64,000 nucleotides of DNA, from IMG/VR virus record IMGVR_UViG_3300021959_007005; one strand, given 5' to 3'. The position numbers and the translations under genes were made by a program. Source of the stretch: a virus (lineage: Duplodnaviria > Caudoviricetes). How positions within the stretch are numbered: the stretch's first letter is position 1; every line of letters begins with the position of its first letter. This document shows, piece by piece, positions 36,608 through 46,847 of the stretch. Under the pieces are notes generated by a model. That model was not told the origin of the DNA and did no database searches. It was given only the letters and a program-made list of their open reading frames with translations.

Positions 36608-37965
36608 TGTATTATCTCATAAAAGTTTGGAACAATATCTGTAATATTTTGTCCTCTGTGTTGGTCTAGTTGTTTTGTGTACTTGTGTAATTTTACAGCA
36701 AGTTCGGGCAGAGCTGTGTCATTGTACCAGTAACGCCACGAATTGTTTTGTTTATCAAAGCCCAATACTTCAATGTAAAGTGCAATATTAACAATTCTTT
36801 TTTTAAGTTTATCTAACTCTCTCCAATGATCTTGTACAGTTTGTGTTTGTGTATCCACGGTGTCTATTATACTGTTTAAATATTTTGTCACTGGCTGATA
36901 TACGTCTGTGTACCATGTGTACTTAGCAGATTTATTTAATTGTTTTGCTGACAAATAATCGGGATCATACAATAGATCATAACTCAGTGTAAATCTACTA
37001 CCCAGCTGTTGTTGGATCCATTTATCTGTATACCACCGTGTTAGGCGATCAATGTGCATTATGTTATATATTTGTATTACTGGAGTTAAATTTATTTGTA
37101 CATTTTTAATAGCAAGTAATTTATCAATGTTATGTTCAATTGTTACCCAGTCACTGGGATATCTAATATAATTGTTTACATCGTCGATGCCATCTATACT
37201 GCCGTTTATTTCTACACTGTCAAACTTGTGCATCAACTCTAAAAATCTCTGTTGTATATTAGTGAGATTACTGGTTAGTTTTAATCTAATGTTTTTAGCC
37301 AAGTTATTTTGCACAAGTTTATCAACAAGTTCATACATTTCATCGTGTAGTGTAGGTTCCCCTCCTACAAATGTAATCTCTTCAATCTCTGCAATGCCAT
37401 CATTGATACTACTCCACAGTTTAGCAGTATCCCACTCGGCAACATCATAGTGCTTGTAGTGTGTAGGAAGTCCCATAGATGCAAATTGTTTTTGCTCTCG
37501 AACTATCTGACTGCTAAAGTGAGGCCAGCACATACGACATTTTAAGTTACACAAGTTACTCAGTCTGATATCATAGTAGCGTATGCGTGGGTTATCAATG
37601 ATGTCTTCCCACTGATCATTGATTTTTGTGTGAGGCTTGTGTAGCCATTTTTGATTTTCTTTGCGCCGCTTACTGGGCAATTCTTCTTTTTTATGTTTGC
37701 TCCAGTCACTACTGAAAATCTCTTCTTCACGCCAACATGTCGCACACTCTGGCAATTGTTGATCTTGTTCCCATACTTTGTGTCTCAGTTCGCGATAATG
37801 TTTACTGTTCCATATCTCGTCAATGCTGTGAGTGTTAACGTTATAAGGCACACCATTGTCATCTAGTATAACATCGTGCTTGCTTACTTTGCAACACAAG
37901 CGACAGGTGCCTTCTGTTGTGGTTGCTAAATGTATAAAAGGAAGAATACAAAAGTTCTTGTGCAT
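36604..37965 (-). CDS. Radical SAM protein with an N-terminal twitch domain
   Basis: FCILPFIH...GTCRLCC, CATC, LCNLKCRMC, VGGEP. Confidence 0.9.
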   Translation of the reverse strand: MHKNFCILPFIHLATTTEGTCRLCCKVSKHDVILDDNGVPYNVNTHSIDEIWNSKHYRELRHKVWEQDQQLPECATCWREEEIFSSDWSKHKKEELPSKRRKENQKWLHKPHTKINDQWEDIIDNPRIRYYDIRLSNLCNLKCRMCWPHFSSQIVREQKQFASMGLPTHYKHYDVAEWDTAKLWSSINDGIAEIEEITFVGGEPTLHDEMYELVDKLVQNNLAKNIRLKLTSNLTNIQQRFLELMHKFDSVEINGSIDGIDDVNNYIRYPSDWVTIEHNIDKLLAIKNVQINLTPVIQIYNIMHIDRLTRWYTDKWIQQQLGSRFTLSYDLLYDPDYLSAKQLNKSAKYTWYTDVYQPVTKYLNSIIDTVDTQTQTVQDHWRELDKLKKRIVNIALYIEVLGFDKQNNSWRYWYNDTALPELAVKLHKYTKQLDQHRGQNITDIVPNFYEIIQ

Positions 37966-37970
37966 GTGTA

Positions 37971-38003
37971 TATTTATTAACGTAGTACTTAATAAGATAA
38001 ATA
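37971..38003. promoter_or_regulatory. Divergent pair of late promoters (ATAAATA on - at 37971-37977 and on + at 37997-38003)
   Basis: Each lies exactly 5 nt from an ATG (37965 and 38009). Confidence 0.65.
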
Positions 38004-38008
38004 TTAGA

Positions 38009-39277
38009 ATGGAACATCCTACTTATTGTAGCTTTCCGTTTGAAAGCATTGCTCCTAAAAGCTGGGTTGATGGTCGTCCACATCGTGTAACACCTTGTTG
38101 TAACATGAAGTCGGACAATACTGACGATCCAATGGGAGTAAAACCTCTAATAGACGCTGGTGCTAGTTTAGCAGATATTTTTGCTAGCCCACAGTTTGAT
38201 CAACTACGTTTAGACTTACTGAGTGGCATACGCAACCCAGCATGTGAGTATTGTTGGCGGCTGGAAAGTCGAACAGGACACAGCCCACGTATTACTACTA
38301 TTGAACCGCTAAAACAAAGTACAGCTCCAGCTACTAAAAAGTTAATGAAGTTAGATACTATGATAGACGAAAGTTGTAACCTCCAGTGTAGAATGTGTGC
38401 GCCCAGTGTTAGCAATAGTCTACGTAAAGACTACAATCAGATACTAGAACTTGACTTACCGTTACCTGAATATTATAACATAAAGCAGACAGAAAGTCAA
38501 GCTGATCCCAGTGGAACACAAGTATTTTTTGGACCTAATACAGAATATCAAAAAGAGATAATTGATATAGGAGACGAAATACGTGAGCTAAAGTTTACTG
38601 GCGGAGAGCCAACTGTTAGTAAAACATTTTGGAGTATCGTTAATAATTTAAACTATCCAGAAAATGTAAAAATACATTTAACAACCAATGCTACTAAATT
38701 TAATCATTTATTTTTAGACAGTATGAAGAAGTTCGGTAAACGCCACTTTACACTAAGCATAGACGGTACCCGTAGTACATATGAATACATACGATATCCC
38801 TTTAACTGGCGAAAGCTGGAAAATAATATAAACAAACTTTGTGAAACACAAAATCCAGACAGTACTGAGATACATATTTGTAGTGTGTTAACCACATATA
38901 ATATGTTAAACATACGTAACCTTATTGATTGGATTATACAACACAATTGGTATAGTGAACACAAGATTACATGGAAGTGTATCCCTGATCCACATCCAGT
39001 AGATAGTTGTTTAGATGTTAAGTGGGCAAGTACAGAACTATTGGACATAGTATATCAAACTATGTGTGCTGTAGAGTGTGATGAATATGTACAGGGTGGT
39101 GTACAAAAAACTATAAAGTATTTAGAATGGTGTTTGAATCAAACACATGATCCTGATGTACTAACGGAACGTAGAGCTAGGCTAAAACAAGACACACTAA
39201 CACTTGATATTGTACGTAAACAAAACTATGATGAAATGTTACAGCCACAAGTAGCTGATTTTATTCTGCATATTTGA
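38009..39277 (+). CDS. Radical SAM protein with an N-terminal twitch domain
   Basis: YCSFPF..PCC, CEYCW, SCNLQCRMC, TGGEP. Start moved to MEHPTYC. Confidence 0.9.
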   Translation: MEHPTYCSFPFESIAPKSWVDGRPHRVTPCCNMKSDNTDDPMGVKPLIDAGASLADIFASPQFDQLRLDLLSGIRNPACEYCWRLESRTGHSPRITTIEPLKQSTAPATKKLMKLDTMIDESCNLQCRMCAPSVSNSLRKDYNQILELDLPLPEYYNIKQTESQADPSGTQVFFGPNTEYQKEIIDIGDEIRELKFTGGEPTVSKTFWSIVNNLNYPENVKIHLTTNATKFNHLFLDSMKKFGKRHFTLSIDGTRSTYEYIRYPFNWRKLENNINKLCETQNPDSTEIHICSVLTTYNMLNIRNLIDWIIQHNWYSEHKITWKCIPDPHPVDSCLDVKWASTELLDIVYQTMCAVECDEYVQGGVQKTIKYLEWCLNQTHDPDVLTERRARLKQDTLTLDIVRKQNYDEMLQPQVADFILHI

Positions 39278-40295
39278 TTTCGTTTTGATATGCACGATTT
39301 TTGGCACAAGTCCGTATACAACGACTTATGTGCAAATTATGTCTTGGATCAAAACTATCGCTAAGTGTTTGTGCATAGTAATCAGTTGCAAGTATTTGAT
39401 CAATTGAGTGTGTGTTTAAATTATTCCAACCTTGCGTAAACCCACTATACTTGTCATTGATACCTTCTTTATTTTTAAAACTACTGTCCCATAAAAAACA
39501 ACAAGGCCATAGTGTACTGTTGGCGGCTACAAATATTTCTTTATCGTGATAAAATTTGCAACTTATACTGTCCAAAATTGATTCGATTTCTTCTTGACTT
39601 TTGTTTTCTTGTTGTATAAACTTATCTAATTGTTTTACTTCTTTTACTTTACTGTGTTCTTTTGCGCCAGTGGTTGTTATAGTCTTTTCTACTTTATTAT
39701 TCTTTTTGCCAATTTGTGCAACCCAGTTGTGATAACTATTACGCATTCCAGTACGAGTAGCAAACTTAAAATTCATGCTCTTCGCTAATGCACGAGCTTG
39801 TTCTAGTTCGTGTTCATTATGATCAAACACAATGTATATCCAAGTTGCTTCGCCACCGGCATCGGCGTATGCTTGCATATTACGTTTAATAATTTTATAA
39901 TTGGTGTTTACACGATATATATGATTGGTTTCAGTGCCGTCAACACAGAAGTGTACATCAACTCCTAACTGTGCTAATCGTGCCCACCAGTCTGCACTGT
40001 TGCGTCCACCATTGGTACTGTACTGTATGTGCGCTCCGTGATCAACTAAATGTTGTGTAATTTCTAAACATTCAGGATTAACAATTGGATCTCCCAGTAC
40101 TCCACAAAACTTAAAACGTTTACCTGCAATGTGTCTGCGATCAGGAAACCAAGTTTTAATTTGTTGTAGTGTTAAGTTTTGTGGTTTTAGTATATCTAAG
40201 TTTTGTGTTCTAGCACATCCTGGACATGCGGCATTACAATCGCTGCTTATTTCTAATTCAATTCGTTCAATTGTATCTATATTAATTAAGTACAT
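39261..40295 (-). CDS. Radical SAM/SPASM(twitch) protein
   Basis: DCNAACPGC, TNGG, IFVAANSTLWPCC. Confidence 0.88.
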   Translation of the reverse strand: MYLINIDTIERIELEISSDCNAACPGCARTQNLDILKPQNLTLQQIKTWFPDRRHIAGKRFKFCGVLGDPIVNPECLEITQHLVDHGAHIQYSTNGGRNSADWWARLAQLGVDVHFCVDGTETNHIYRVNTNYKIIKRNMQAYADAGGEATWIYIVFDHNEHELEQARALAKSMNFKFATRTGMRNSYHNWVAQIGKKNNKVEKTITTTGAKEHSKVKEVKQLDKFIQQENKSQEEIESILDSISCKFYHDKEIFVAANSTLWPCCFLWDSSFKNKEGINDKYSGFTQGWNNLNTHSIDQILATDYYAQTLSDSFDPRHNLHISRCIRTCAKNRAYQNEIKYAE

Positions 40296-40299
40296 ACAT

Positions 40300-40314
40300 T
40301 ATTTATGATAAATA
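40300..40314. promoter_or_regulatory. Palindromic back-to-back late promoters TATTTAT-G-ATAAATA
   Basis: ATGs lie 4 nt (40295, -) and 5 nt (40320, +) away. Confidence 0.65.
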
Positions 40315-40319
40315 CTAGT

Positions 40320-41672
40320 ATGAGAAACAAGCATAAACGTCACAGTGATGTCATCAAAGAATTCAATCTGCCAAATTTTTGTGCAAGTCCTTGGAACAGT
40401 TTTCACGAAGGACCAGAGGGTTTGGTTAGTACTTGCTGTAAAACCAGACAACCAATTGGCTGGAGTAACAAGCAAACCTATGAAGAAATGTACAACAGTG
40501 ATCATGCTAAAGACGTTAGGGCAGCTTTTTTGCGTGGCGAAAGACATTCACAGTGTGAAGCATGTTGGATACAAGAAGTAAACGGAGAGCCTAGTTTAAA
40601 CAGGGTACACGGCAATGCTATGAGTGATATGGATAACTTGCGTGAACTTGTTGCTAATACAGATGCAGACGGAACACTGCACGTACAAAAGCCTGAATGG
40701 CTAGACTTGTTGTGGACATCAAAGTGTAATTTTGCTTGTTTGGGGTGCGGCCCTGATCTTAGCAGTACAATTAACAACAAATATAGAAAAGAATTTGCTA
40801 TTCTAAATGATAATTCAGCAGATCAATATTATCCTCACATGACCAATTGGGATAACATGGGAAAGCACAAAGTAGATTATGTTCTAAAACACGCAGACAC
40901 TATTCGTAGCATACACTTAAATGGCGGCGAGCCGTGGATGCAACAAGAAACATATGAGCTATTAGAAGAACTTCTCAAGCGTGGATTGCACAAAACTATA
41001 CAAGTGTGGAGTCATACCAATGGTAGTATTACAAAAAGTTATAAAGGTGTTGATATTATTGAAGAGTATCTTGTACATTGGGGGCGAAACTGTAAAGTTA
41101 CTATGAGTAATGATGGGTTTGGCAGCGTAGGAGAATATACTCGTTACGGATACAAAGATAAAAAATGGTTGGAAACATATCGTAAAGTAAGAGAATCAGG
41201 TATAGAACTTACAATACAAACTTGTTGGAATATGTTTAACGCACCCAACATTGACGAAATTGGTACTTGGTATCTTGACAATTGCCCAGGTACGCACTAC
41301 GATCCGCCTTATAATGTACCAGACGGTAGCTTAACTATATGGACAAACACAACAACCCAGCCTTGTATGATAAACTATGTACCTGAACTACAGCAACAAG
41401 GGTTACAAGCACTCAAACGTTTGCAAAAATCTGAAATTCATCCTTACAGTTGGCGAGAAAATATACAGCGTTGGATCAATTGGTTAAATCAAGACTTAGA
41501 ACAATACAGTGTAGATTATAAAAATTTACTTGCATGGCGTCGAGGAATAGATGCATTGGATATTGCTCGTGGCACTGATTTGTGTACAAGTGTTCCACGG
41601 TTACAACCATTGTATGAGTTGGCTACTCAAATTGAGCAGCAAACGGATCAAACTCACTGCCACACTTCATAG
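40320..41672 (+). CDS. Radical SAM protein with an N-terminal twitch domain
   Basis: FCASPW..TCC, CEACW, KCNFACLGC, NGGEP. Confidence 0.88.
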   Translation: MRNKHKRHSDVIKEFNLPNFCASPWNSFHEGPEGLVSTCCKTRQPIGWSNKQTYEEMYNSDHAKDVRAAFLRGERHSQCEACWIQEVNGEPSLNRVHGNAMSDMDNLRELVANTDADGTLHVQKPEWLDLLWTSKCNFACLGCGPDLSSTINNKYRKEFAILNDNSADQYYPHMTNWDNMGKHKVDYVLKHADTIRSIHLNGGEPWMQQETYELLEELLKRGLHKTIQVWSHTNGSITKSYKGVDIIEEYLVHWGRNCKVTMSNDGFGSVGEYTRYGYKDKKWLETYRKVRESGIELTIQTCWNMFNAPNIDEIGTWYLDNCPGTHYDPPYNVPDGSLTIWTNTTTQPCMINYVPELQQQGLQALKRLQKSEIHPYSWRENIQRWINWLNQDLEQYSVDYKNLLAWRRGIDALDIARGTDLCTSVPRLQPLYELATQIEQQTDQTHCHTS

Positions 41673-42705
41673 AACACACGCCAAGTTTACCATTGGCAAC
41701 ACTGTCTTTTTGCCAACTCTCAGTTATGCTTTCTAATATACCGCTGTTAAATACACTTTCTAATCCGTGTAATGTAGCATCGATAGCTAATTTGCCGCCT
41801 GCACGTTCGATATGTTCCCATATTTGTTCTACACGATAATCTTTGTGCCACCATTTGTACATGCGTCCAGCAGTCCAACAGCAAGGCATCAATAGTCCTT
41901 CTGCTGTAATAAAGATTTCTTTTTTATCTATGGCTTTGCAATTTATACTACACTTATTGTAATAGTCGCTCATACTTCCGTATGTTTTTTCAATCTCTTT
42001 TTGTTTTAACAATGCTAAATTTTGATTATCTAACTTTTGAGGTTTTTGTAGTAGTTGTGTTTCTTGGCCTTTGCGATTTTGTGCTTGATGTTTATCTTTG
42101 CCTTTGTTACTTGCTGTAAAGAATCTGCCGCTTTTCTTACGCTGAAACTTTTCACATCCCCATTTAGCTGCAAGTGCTTCTGCTTCATCAACTTGATGTT
42201 CGTTGTGTCCGAAAATGATAAAGTCCCAACGAGCTCTACCACCTGCTAAGATAAAAGCCTTCATATTGCGTTCTACATTATCCCATACAACTCCTTGGCG
42301 ATATAAATGATTAGTGTCACGCAAACCGTCCACCGAAAATATGACGGTACCCATCCTTCCAAAAACTTCAGCCAGCTGTCTCCACCATTCTTCATTTTTT
42401 GCCCCTGCATTAGTATTCATACTTAGCCACATTGTAGGGTTGTGTTTTCTGAAGTACCGAAATATCTCTAGTGTATCCCGAGCAATAATAGGATCGCCCA
42501 AGTTACCACACATGTACATTGTTTTTAATTGTGCAATAAACTCTGGAGGGAAGATACGTTCGCAGTCTGCTAAACTTAGTTCACTATTATCTATATGGCG
42601 ATTGTCTACTCCGCCATTTTCATTACGGTCGCACATAGGACATGCTGCTTGGCAACGTTGTGTAACTTCTAAATGAACTTGTTTTATATCTTCATAGTTA
42701 TACAT
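41623..42705 (-). CDS. Radical SAM/SPASM(twitch) protein
   Basis: RCQAACPMC, CGNLGDP, IFITAEGLLMPCC. Confidence 0.88.
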   Translation of the reverse strand: MYNYEDIKQVHLEVTQRCQAACPMCDRNENGGVDNRHIDNSELSLADCERIFPPEFIAQLKTMYMCGNLGDPIIARDTLEIFRYFRKHNPTMWLSMNTNAGAKNEEWWRQLAEVFGRMGTVIFSVDGLRDTNHLYRQGVVWDNVERNMKAFILAGGRARWDFIIFGHNEHQVDEAEALAAKWGCEKFQRKKSGRFFTASNKGKDKHQAQNRKGQETQLLQKPQKLDNQNLALLKQKEIEKTYGSMSDYYNKCSINCKAIDKKEIFITAEGLLMPCCWTAGRMYKWWHKDYRVEQIWEHIERAGGKLAIDATLHGLESVFNSGILESITESWQKDSVANGKLGVCSMKCGSEFDPFAAQFE

Positions 42706-42922
42706 TGTATATTAGTTTTACATCCTTGCCAGGTCCAGTCTTGCTGGGCAAATCACCGTACTCTTCTATATACCATTCTATAACTGCACGATACCATTTT
42801 TGACTATCATGATGTGCTAGTTTATTAAATTTATAAATGTTATTGTTTGTGGCTTGCATAGTACTTAGTGCCCTGGCACTTTCCTGTTGCAACTGTCTTA
42901 ATTTTAAATTACTTATATCCAA
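42698..42922 (-). CDS. Small hypothetical protein
   Basis: Overlaps both neighbours in the operon. Confidence 0.65.
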   Translation of the reverse strand: MDISNLKLRQLQQESARALSTMQATNNNIYKFNKLAHHDSQKWYRAVIEWYIEEYGDLPSKTGPGKDVKLIYNV

Positions 42923-43988
42923 TTCTCATAAACCTTTTGTACTTAGGCAATGCTAGTTTGCCACTATATAGTACCTGTGACATTGGTGCCTGTGATTTAA
43001 ATTCTTCTATATCATTTACGCAATTAACATGCTCCGCTACTTTAAAGAAATTGTTGCTTTGTAGTACTACTAGTTTACCATCTGGAATCTTAGCATACCA
43101 TTCAGCAAAGTCGGAGATATGTTCGCAACTTGTATTAATAATAGTATCTGGCGTATCTGTTATGGGTCGGCTCATCCTGTTGTTAGCATTACTCCAAGAT
43201 TGCCACTTGTGAGTGTCATAGTCAATATCCATTATATCTTGTGTAATACTTTTGAAGCGCCATGTCTCCATAAACCATGGCTTGTTAAATGTTTCAGCAA
43301 TGTCTATACAACTAGGATCAATGTCAAAAGATCTAACTTTATCTACTTTAATGTCGCTTTCAAATAACATTGTAGCAAGTGTAGCGTACCATCCTGCACA
43401 TAAAAATACAGTTCCTAGTTCTACATTACACTTTTTAAGTTCGTCGATTAACCATAGCTTACTTTGTAATTGCCCTCTGCTAAAACAATCATTGTCAATA
43501 TCTGTACTGTTTATAAAAAAACTTTTAAACGCACTAGTGAATTGTGTGTCCACATAACTACTGAGTATAGGCCACAGTTTATACACGTTTTCATCAATGA
43601 TTAATTTACGTAAATTGTCATTGCCAAGTAATTTAAAGATACTGCGTAAATTTTTATTAACTATTGCTGTACGATATAAGTGTATATTCTCGTCTTGTTC
43701 AGAAAACAATCTAAACAAACTATATAAATTGTTTTCAATAACAGCTCTTCTTAGATCGTCACTGTGTCCACTTACATCCCATTCACTAGCTATTCTAAAC
43801 ATACTATGAAGATTTTCGTCAACTACTGCTTTTCTTAGTTCTTCGTTTTCGTCACACAATCTAAATATACTGCTTAAATCTCGGTCAATAAACGCACGTC
43901 TTAGATCAGCTATCGCAGACACTTCTGGATAAAGTAATTCGTAACGGTCTAGCAGTTCGTTTAAAGGTAATTCCAATGTATTAGTCAA
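42909..43988 (-). CDS. Class I SAM-dependent methyltransferase-like protein with N-terminal helical repeats
   Basis: VFLCAGWY, RSFDID, IINTSCEH; paralog of 51021-51674. Confidence 0.7.
   Translation of the reverse strand: MTNTLELPLNELLDRYELLYPEVSAIADLRRAFIDRDLSSIFRLCDENEELRKAVVDENLHSMFRIASEWDVSGHSDDLRRAVIENNLYSLFRLFSEQDENIHLYRTAIVNKNLRSIFKLLGNDNLRKLIIDENVYKLWPILSSYVDTQFTSAFKSFFINSTDIDNDCFSRGQLQSKLWLIDELKKCNVELGTVFLCAGWYATLATMLFESDIKVDKVRSFDIDPSCIDIAETFNKPWFMETWRFKSITQDIMDIDYDTHKWQSWSNANNRMSRPITDTPDTIINTSCEHISDFAEWYAKIPDGKLVVLQSNNFFKVAEHVNCVNDIEEFKSQAPMSQVLYSGKLALPKYKRFMRIGYK
43560..43915 (-). repeat. Five degenerate protein-level repeats (D/E-LRxAxxxxNLxSxFRL)
   Basis: DLRRAFIDRDLSSIFRL / ELRKAVVDENLHSMFRI / DLRRAVIENNLYSLFRL / LYRTAIVNKNLRSIFKL / NLRKLIIDENVYKLWPI. 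Confidence 0.7.
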
Positions 43989-44718
43989 AAGCGCCAGCCT
44001 CCAGTGGAGTGTCCTCCACTGCGTCAGAAAATGTTTCTCTTAGCCAAGAAAAGTCATTAATTTTATTTAAACGTTTTAAATCATTACGGTAATATTCACC
44101 AAAGTCAGAACCTTGATTTGCTCCTAAGATACAATAATCACCAAACGGGCGATCTTTGCCTCTTGAACACCAAGTCTCTAATCTGTATGCATTGTCAACA
44201 CTATCGCCATTATCGATGATACTGCTAGATAGTTTCGCACATTCTCTAAACGCACTGCGCCATGCATCGAATGGCGATGTATTAAATGCCGTTACGTTGC
44301 TAATCTGAAACTTTGGCACAAACGTACACCCTAAACTAGTAGTCATATCTACTGTCCAACGATTAGCTAGTAACATTGCCTTACGTGGGAATAATTTAGC
44401 ACCACCATAACCATATATTAGATCATTGACTGGGTTACGTGAGCGCCAACAATATATACACTCGTTTTGTGGTCTAAACCCATATTCCACTTCTTCTCTA
44501 TTAGGTGTAAAATTAAAATTAAATCCTTCTTCAATTACTGCATCCGCATCCATTACATAAAAGTTACTAGTTTCAGCAATCCTAGCTGCTTCTTTATGTG
44601 CTGCAAATATACCTTTGACTCCCTGAACACGCTTTGCGTGGGGAGCATAGTATTTTAAAATTTCAAAGTTTTCATCAGCTTGTGGTTCATTATAGCTAAT
44701 TTGTATTACGTCTAGCAA
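43981..44718 (-). CDS. GT-A glycosyltransferase-like protein
   Basis: ISYNE, AHKEAA, and a DxD motif in YVMDADA. TTG start after AGGAG. Confidence 0.55.
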   Translation of the reverse strand: MLDVIQISYNEPQADENFEILKYYAPHAKRVQGVKGIFAAHKEAARIAETSNFYVMDADAVIEEGFNFNFTPNREEVEYGFRPQNECIYCWRSRNPVNDLIYGYGGAKLFPRKAMLLANRWTVDMTTSLGCTFVPKFQISNVTAFNTSPFDAWRSAFRECAKLSSSIIDNGDSVDNAYRLETWCSRGKDRPFGDYCILGANQGSDFGEYYRNDLKRLNKINDFSWLRETFSDAVEDTPLEAGAFD

Positions 44719-44741
44719 AGGTTACTTCTCCTATACACTTC

Positions 44742-44770
44742 ATTATACAGTATGATAGTTTAGATGTCAA
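44742..44770 (-). promoter_or_regulatory. sigma70-type early promoter
   Basis: TTGACA-N17-TATAAT on the minus strand, perfect consensus. Confidence 0.85.
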
Positions 44771-44887
44771 TTATTCGTAAATGAACGGATCTTTTTTACG
44801 TAACTCTTCTAATCTCTTTTTTAGCTTTTTCTTTTTTTGATATCTATCCCAAGGATACATAAAAAAGTTTCTAATTTTATTAAGCAT
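44771..44887 (-). CDS. Small basic protein (38 aa, ...RKKDPFIYE)
   Basis: Read by hand: GGAG RBS and an open frame from ATG to TAA. Confidence 0.65.
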   Translation of the reverse strand: MLNKIRNFFMYPWDRYQKKKKLKKRLEELRKKDPFIYE

Positions 44888-44889
44888 AT

Positions 44890-45867
44890 TCATTCACTCC
44901 ATATAGTTTTTTTAACTCGTATTTTTGATTTAGTATGCGCTAGTACACACCCTAGAGCACTACTGGCATCACCAGGACTTGGCATAATCCAAGTATTATC
45001 AAAATATTTATTAGATGATTCTCGACAAGCACCATTCATTGCACAGCCACCCATAAGAACAATATTTTTACTACAAGTTAGTTTTAGACTACACAAGATT
45101 AACGAGTCAACTATCTCTGCAAATATACGCTGTGTTGCAGCGGCAATATCTGTTAAGTCTTGTACTGTATTTAATTCAGGTCGCCAATCTCTGCATCCCC
45201 TGTGACAATTCCTTTTAAAAAGTAATCGTGGGTCATTTATATCTGGCATTTTCATAATAAATTCTGTTTTAATTAATTCATAAAATCTATCACTGTTACC
45301 AACTTGTGCCATTTCAGATATTACATGTTCTTGTATTTGTGGTTTTAGACCTATTCGTTGTGTCATTGCACTATACCAAATACCTATACTGTGTGGATAG
45401 TTCTGTGAAAACTTACGAGTTAGTTCTCCGTCATTACCTTCCCAAATAGTAATTGTATTCCATTCACCAATACTGTCCATTACTAATACAGCCGCATTAT
45501 CAAAAGAACTAGTGTAATATCCTGCGGCTGCATGGCTTAAATGATGACTAACTGTAGTGCTTTTAGGGGCATCTTTCCATAGACTACGCATATATCTTGT
45601 AGGTGATTCTTTACTGAGTAGTGTGTATTGTCCTGCGTATAACTGACGTGTTTTTTTAAGCCAGGGCTGTTCATAAAAATAAACTTGACTGGGTTTACCC
45701 CATTGTAATGCATGTTGAATTAATGGTAAACATAATGTTTTATCATTAACAACATGCGTATACTGTTGTGTGCGTCTAGCCCATTTAAACTGGTCACCAA
45801 CAAACACTGCCAGACTTGCATCGTGGCTCATTCCAGTCCAACCCCAAGTTACTTTATTTTTTGCCAA
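44890..45867 (-). CDS. Carbamoyltransferase (NodU/CmcH family), N-terminal Kae1-like domain only
   Basis: SHDASLA, HHLSHAAAGYYTS, MDSIGE, SIGIWYSAMT, GGCAMN, PSPGDASSALG. Confidence 0.8.
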   Translation of the reverse strand: MAKNKVTWGWTGMSHDASLAVFVGDQFKWARRTQQYTHVVNDKTLCLPLIQHALQWGKPSQVYFYEQPWLKKTRQLYAGQYTLLSKESPTRYMRSLWKDAPKSTTVSHHLSHAAAGYYTSSFDNAAVLVMDSIGEWNTITIWEGNDGELTRKFSQNYPHSIGIWYSAMTQRIGLKPQIQEHVISEMAQVGNSDRFYELIKTEFIMKMPDINDPRLLFKRNCHRGCRDWRPELNTVQDLTDIAAATQRIFAEIVDSLILCSLKLTCSKNIVLMGGCAMNGACRESSNKYFDNTWIMPSPGDASSALGCVLAHTKSKIRVKKTIWSE

Positions 45868-46058
45868 TGTAATTCACCTTGTTGTGGTAGTTGACCTCTA
45901 TATTCAACTCCAGTCTCTTCATCTATTAATCGCCATTTGGTTGGACATTTAGTAACTACTTTGAGTTCTACTGCTATGTCAATGGCAGGTACTACGGTAC
46001 CATCTTGTAGTGTTCTATTCAAGTTCGCCCTTCTCTCTCCAATATTGGTACCTTTCAA
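45849..46058 (-). CDS. Small hypothetical protein
   Basis: Fills the cysC-carbamoyltransferase gap; start uncertain. Confidence 0.55.
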   Translation of the reverse strand: MKGTNIGERRANLNRTLQDGTVVPAIDIAVELKVVTKCPTKWRLIDEETGVEYRGQLPQQGELHWQKIK

Positions 46059-46452
46059 CTGCTTGCATTAGTGTTTCGTGGGTATTGTCAAACCATTCTG
46101 ATATATGATAATGTACTTGCTCAGGAGGTTCAAACAAATCATTTGTATCTTCGTATCTGCCTCGAGAAATAGTATCCATCCACACTGTAAAGTCTGGATT
46201 AAAGTTTTTCCTTGCTTCTTCTGTAGGACAAATAAAATCACACACTGCAATCTTACCTGCCATAACTACGCCATCTGCTAGATGCTTCATGCGAACAGAC
46301 TGTCTAATACGACCAGACAAACTAAAGTCCCAATCATCATAACTCTTTCTAATTTCGTCTGCATTAATATGCACACCACCTACTAATTCTGCAAATGGTT
46401 TTGCCAGTGTAGATTTACCACTTCCTGGCAATCCAAATATTAATATTTTCAT
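46015..46452 (-). CDS. cysC: Adenylyl-sulfate (APS) kinase-like P-loop kinase
   Basis: GLPGSGKST, NADEIR, CDFICP, FEPP. Confidence 0.75.
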   Translation of the reverse strand: MKILIFGLPGSGKSTLAKPFAELVGGVHINADEIRKSYDDWDFSLSGRIRQSVRMKHLADGVVMAGKIAVCDFICPTEEARKNFNPDFTVWMDTISRGRYEDTNDLFEPPEQVHYHISEWFDNTHETLMQAVERYQYWREKGELE

Positions 46453-46481
46453 TGGTGTTATTTCCATTAAGTGCTACTATA

Positions 46482-46495
46482 ATAAATATATTTAT
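46482..46495. promoter_or_regulatory. Palindrome ATAAATA-TATTTAT: face-to-face late promoters
   Basis: The + copy lies 5 nt before the ATG at 46494; the - copy points at cysC. Confidence 0.55.
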
Positions 46496-46847
46496 GATAC
46501 TTTATATTGACATTGACGGCACTATCTGCACCGAGAAAAAAGTAATGGGAAAGAGTGCCAAAGATTATGAGGGAGCTAACCCTCACATGGACAGAATTGC
46601 AGTAATTAACAAACTGTATGACGAAGGACATGAGATACACTACTGGACTGCCAGAGGCACCACTAGCGGTATTGACTGGACAGATCTTACTACAGAACAA
46701 CTTAATGGTTGGGGCTGCAAATATCACGAACTTCATGTAGGCAGCAAGCCACATTTTGATGCATATATTTGCGACAAAAGTTGGAATAGTGAACATTGGT
46801 TTACTCAAAATTTGTATGAACAAATACCTCCGCCGGAAAGTGACTAA
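46494..46847 (+). CDS. Small HAD-family phosphatase (capsule biosynthesis type)
   Basis: IDIDGTIC, YWTARG, KP..D.YICDK. Confidence 0.82.
   Translation: MILYIDIDGTICTEKKVMGKSAKDYEGANPHMDRIAVINKLYDEGHEIHYWTARGTTSGIDWTDLTTEQLNGWGCKYHELHVGSKPHFDAYICDKSWNSEHWFTQNLYEQIPPPESD

Noticed and set aside
44795-44870. Poly-T-rich stretch resembling a terminator
   Set aside because: It is the antisense of a Lys-rich 38-aa ORF and has no GC stem.
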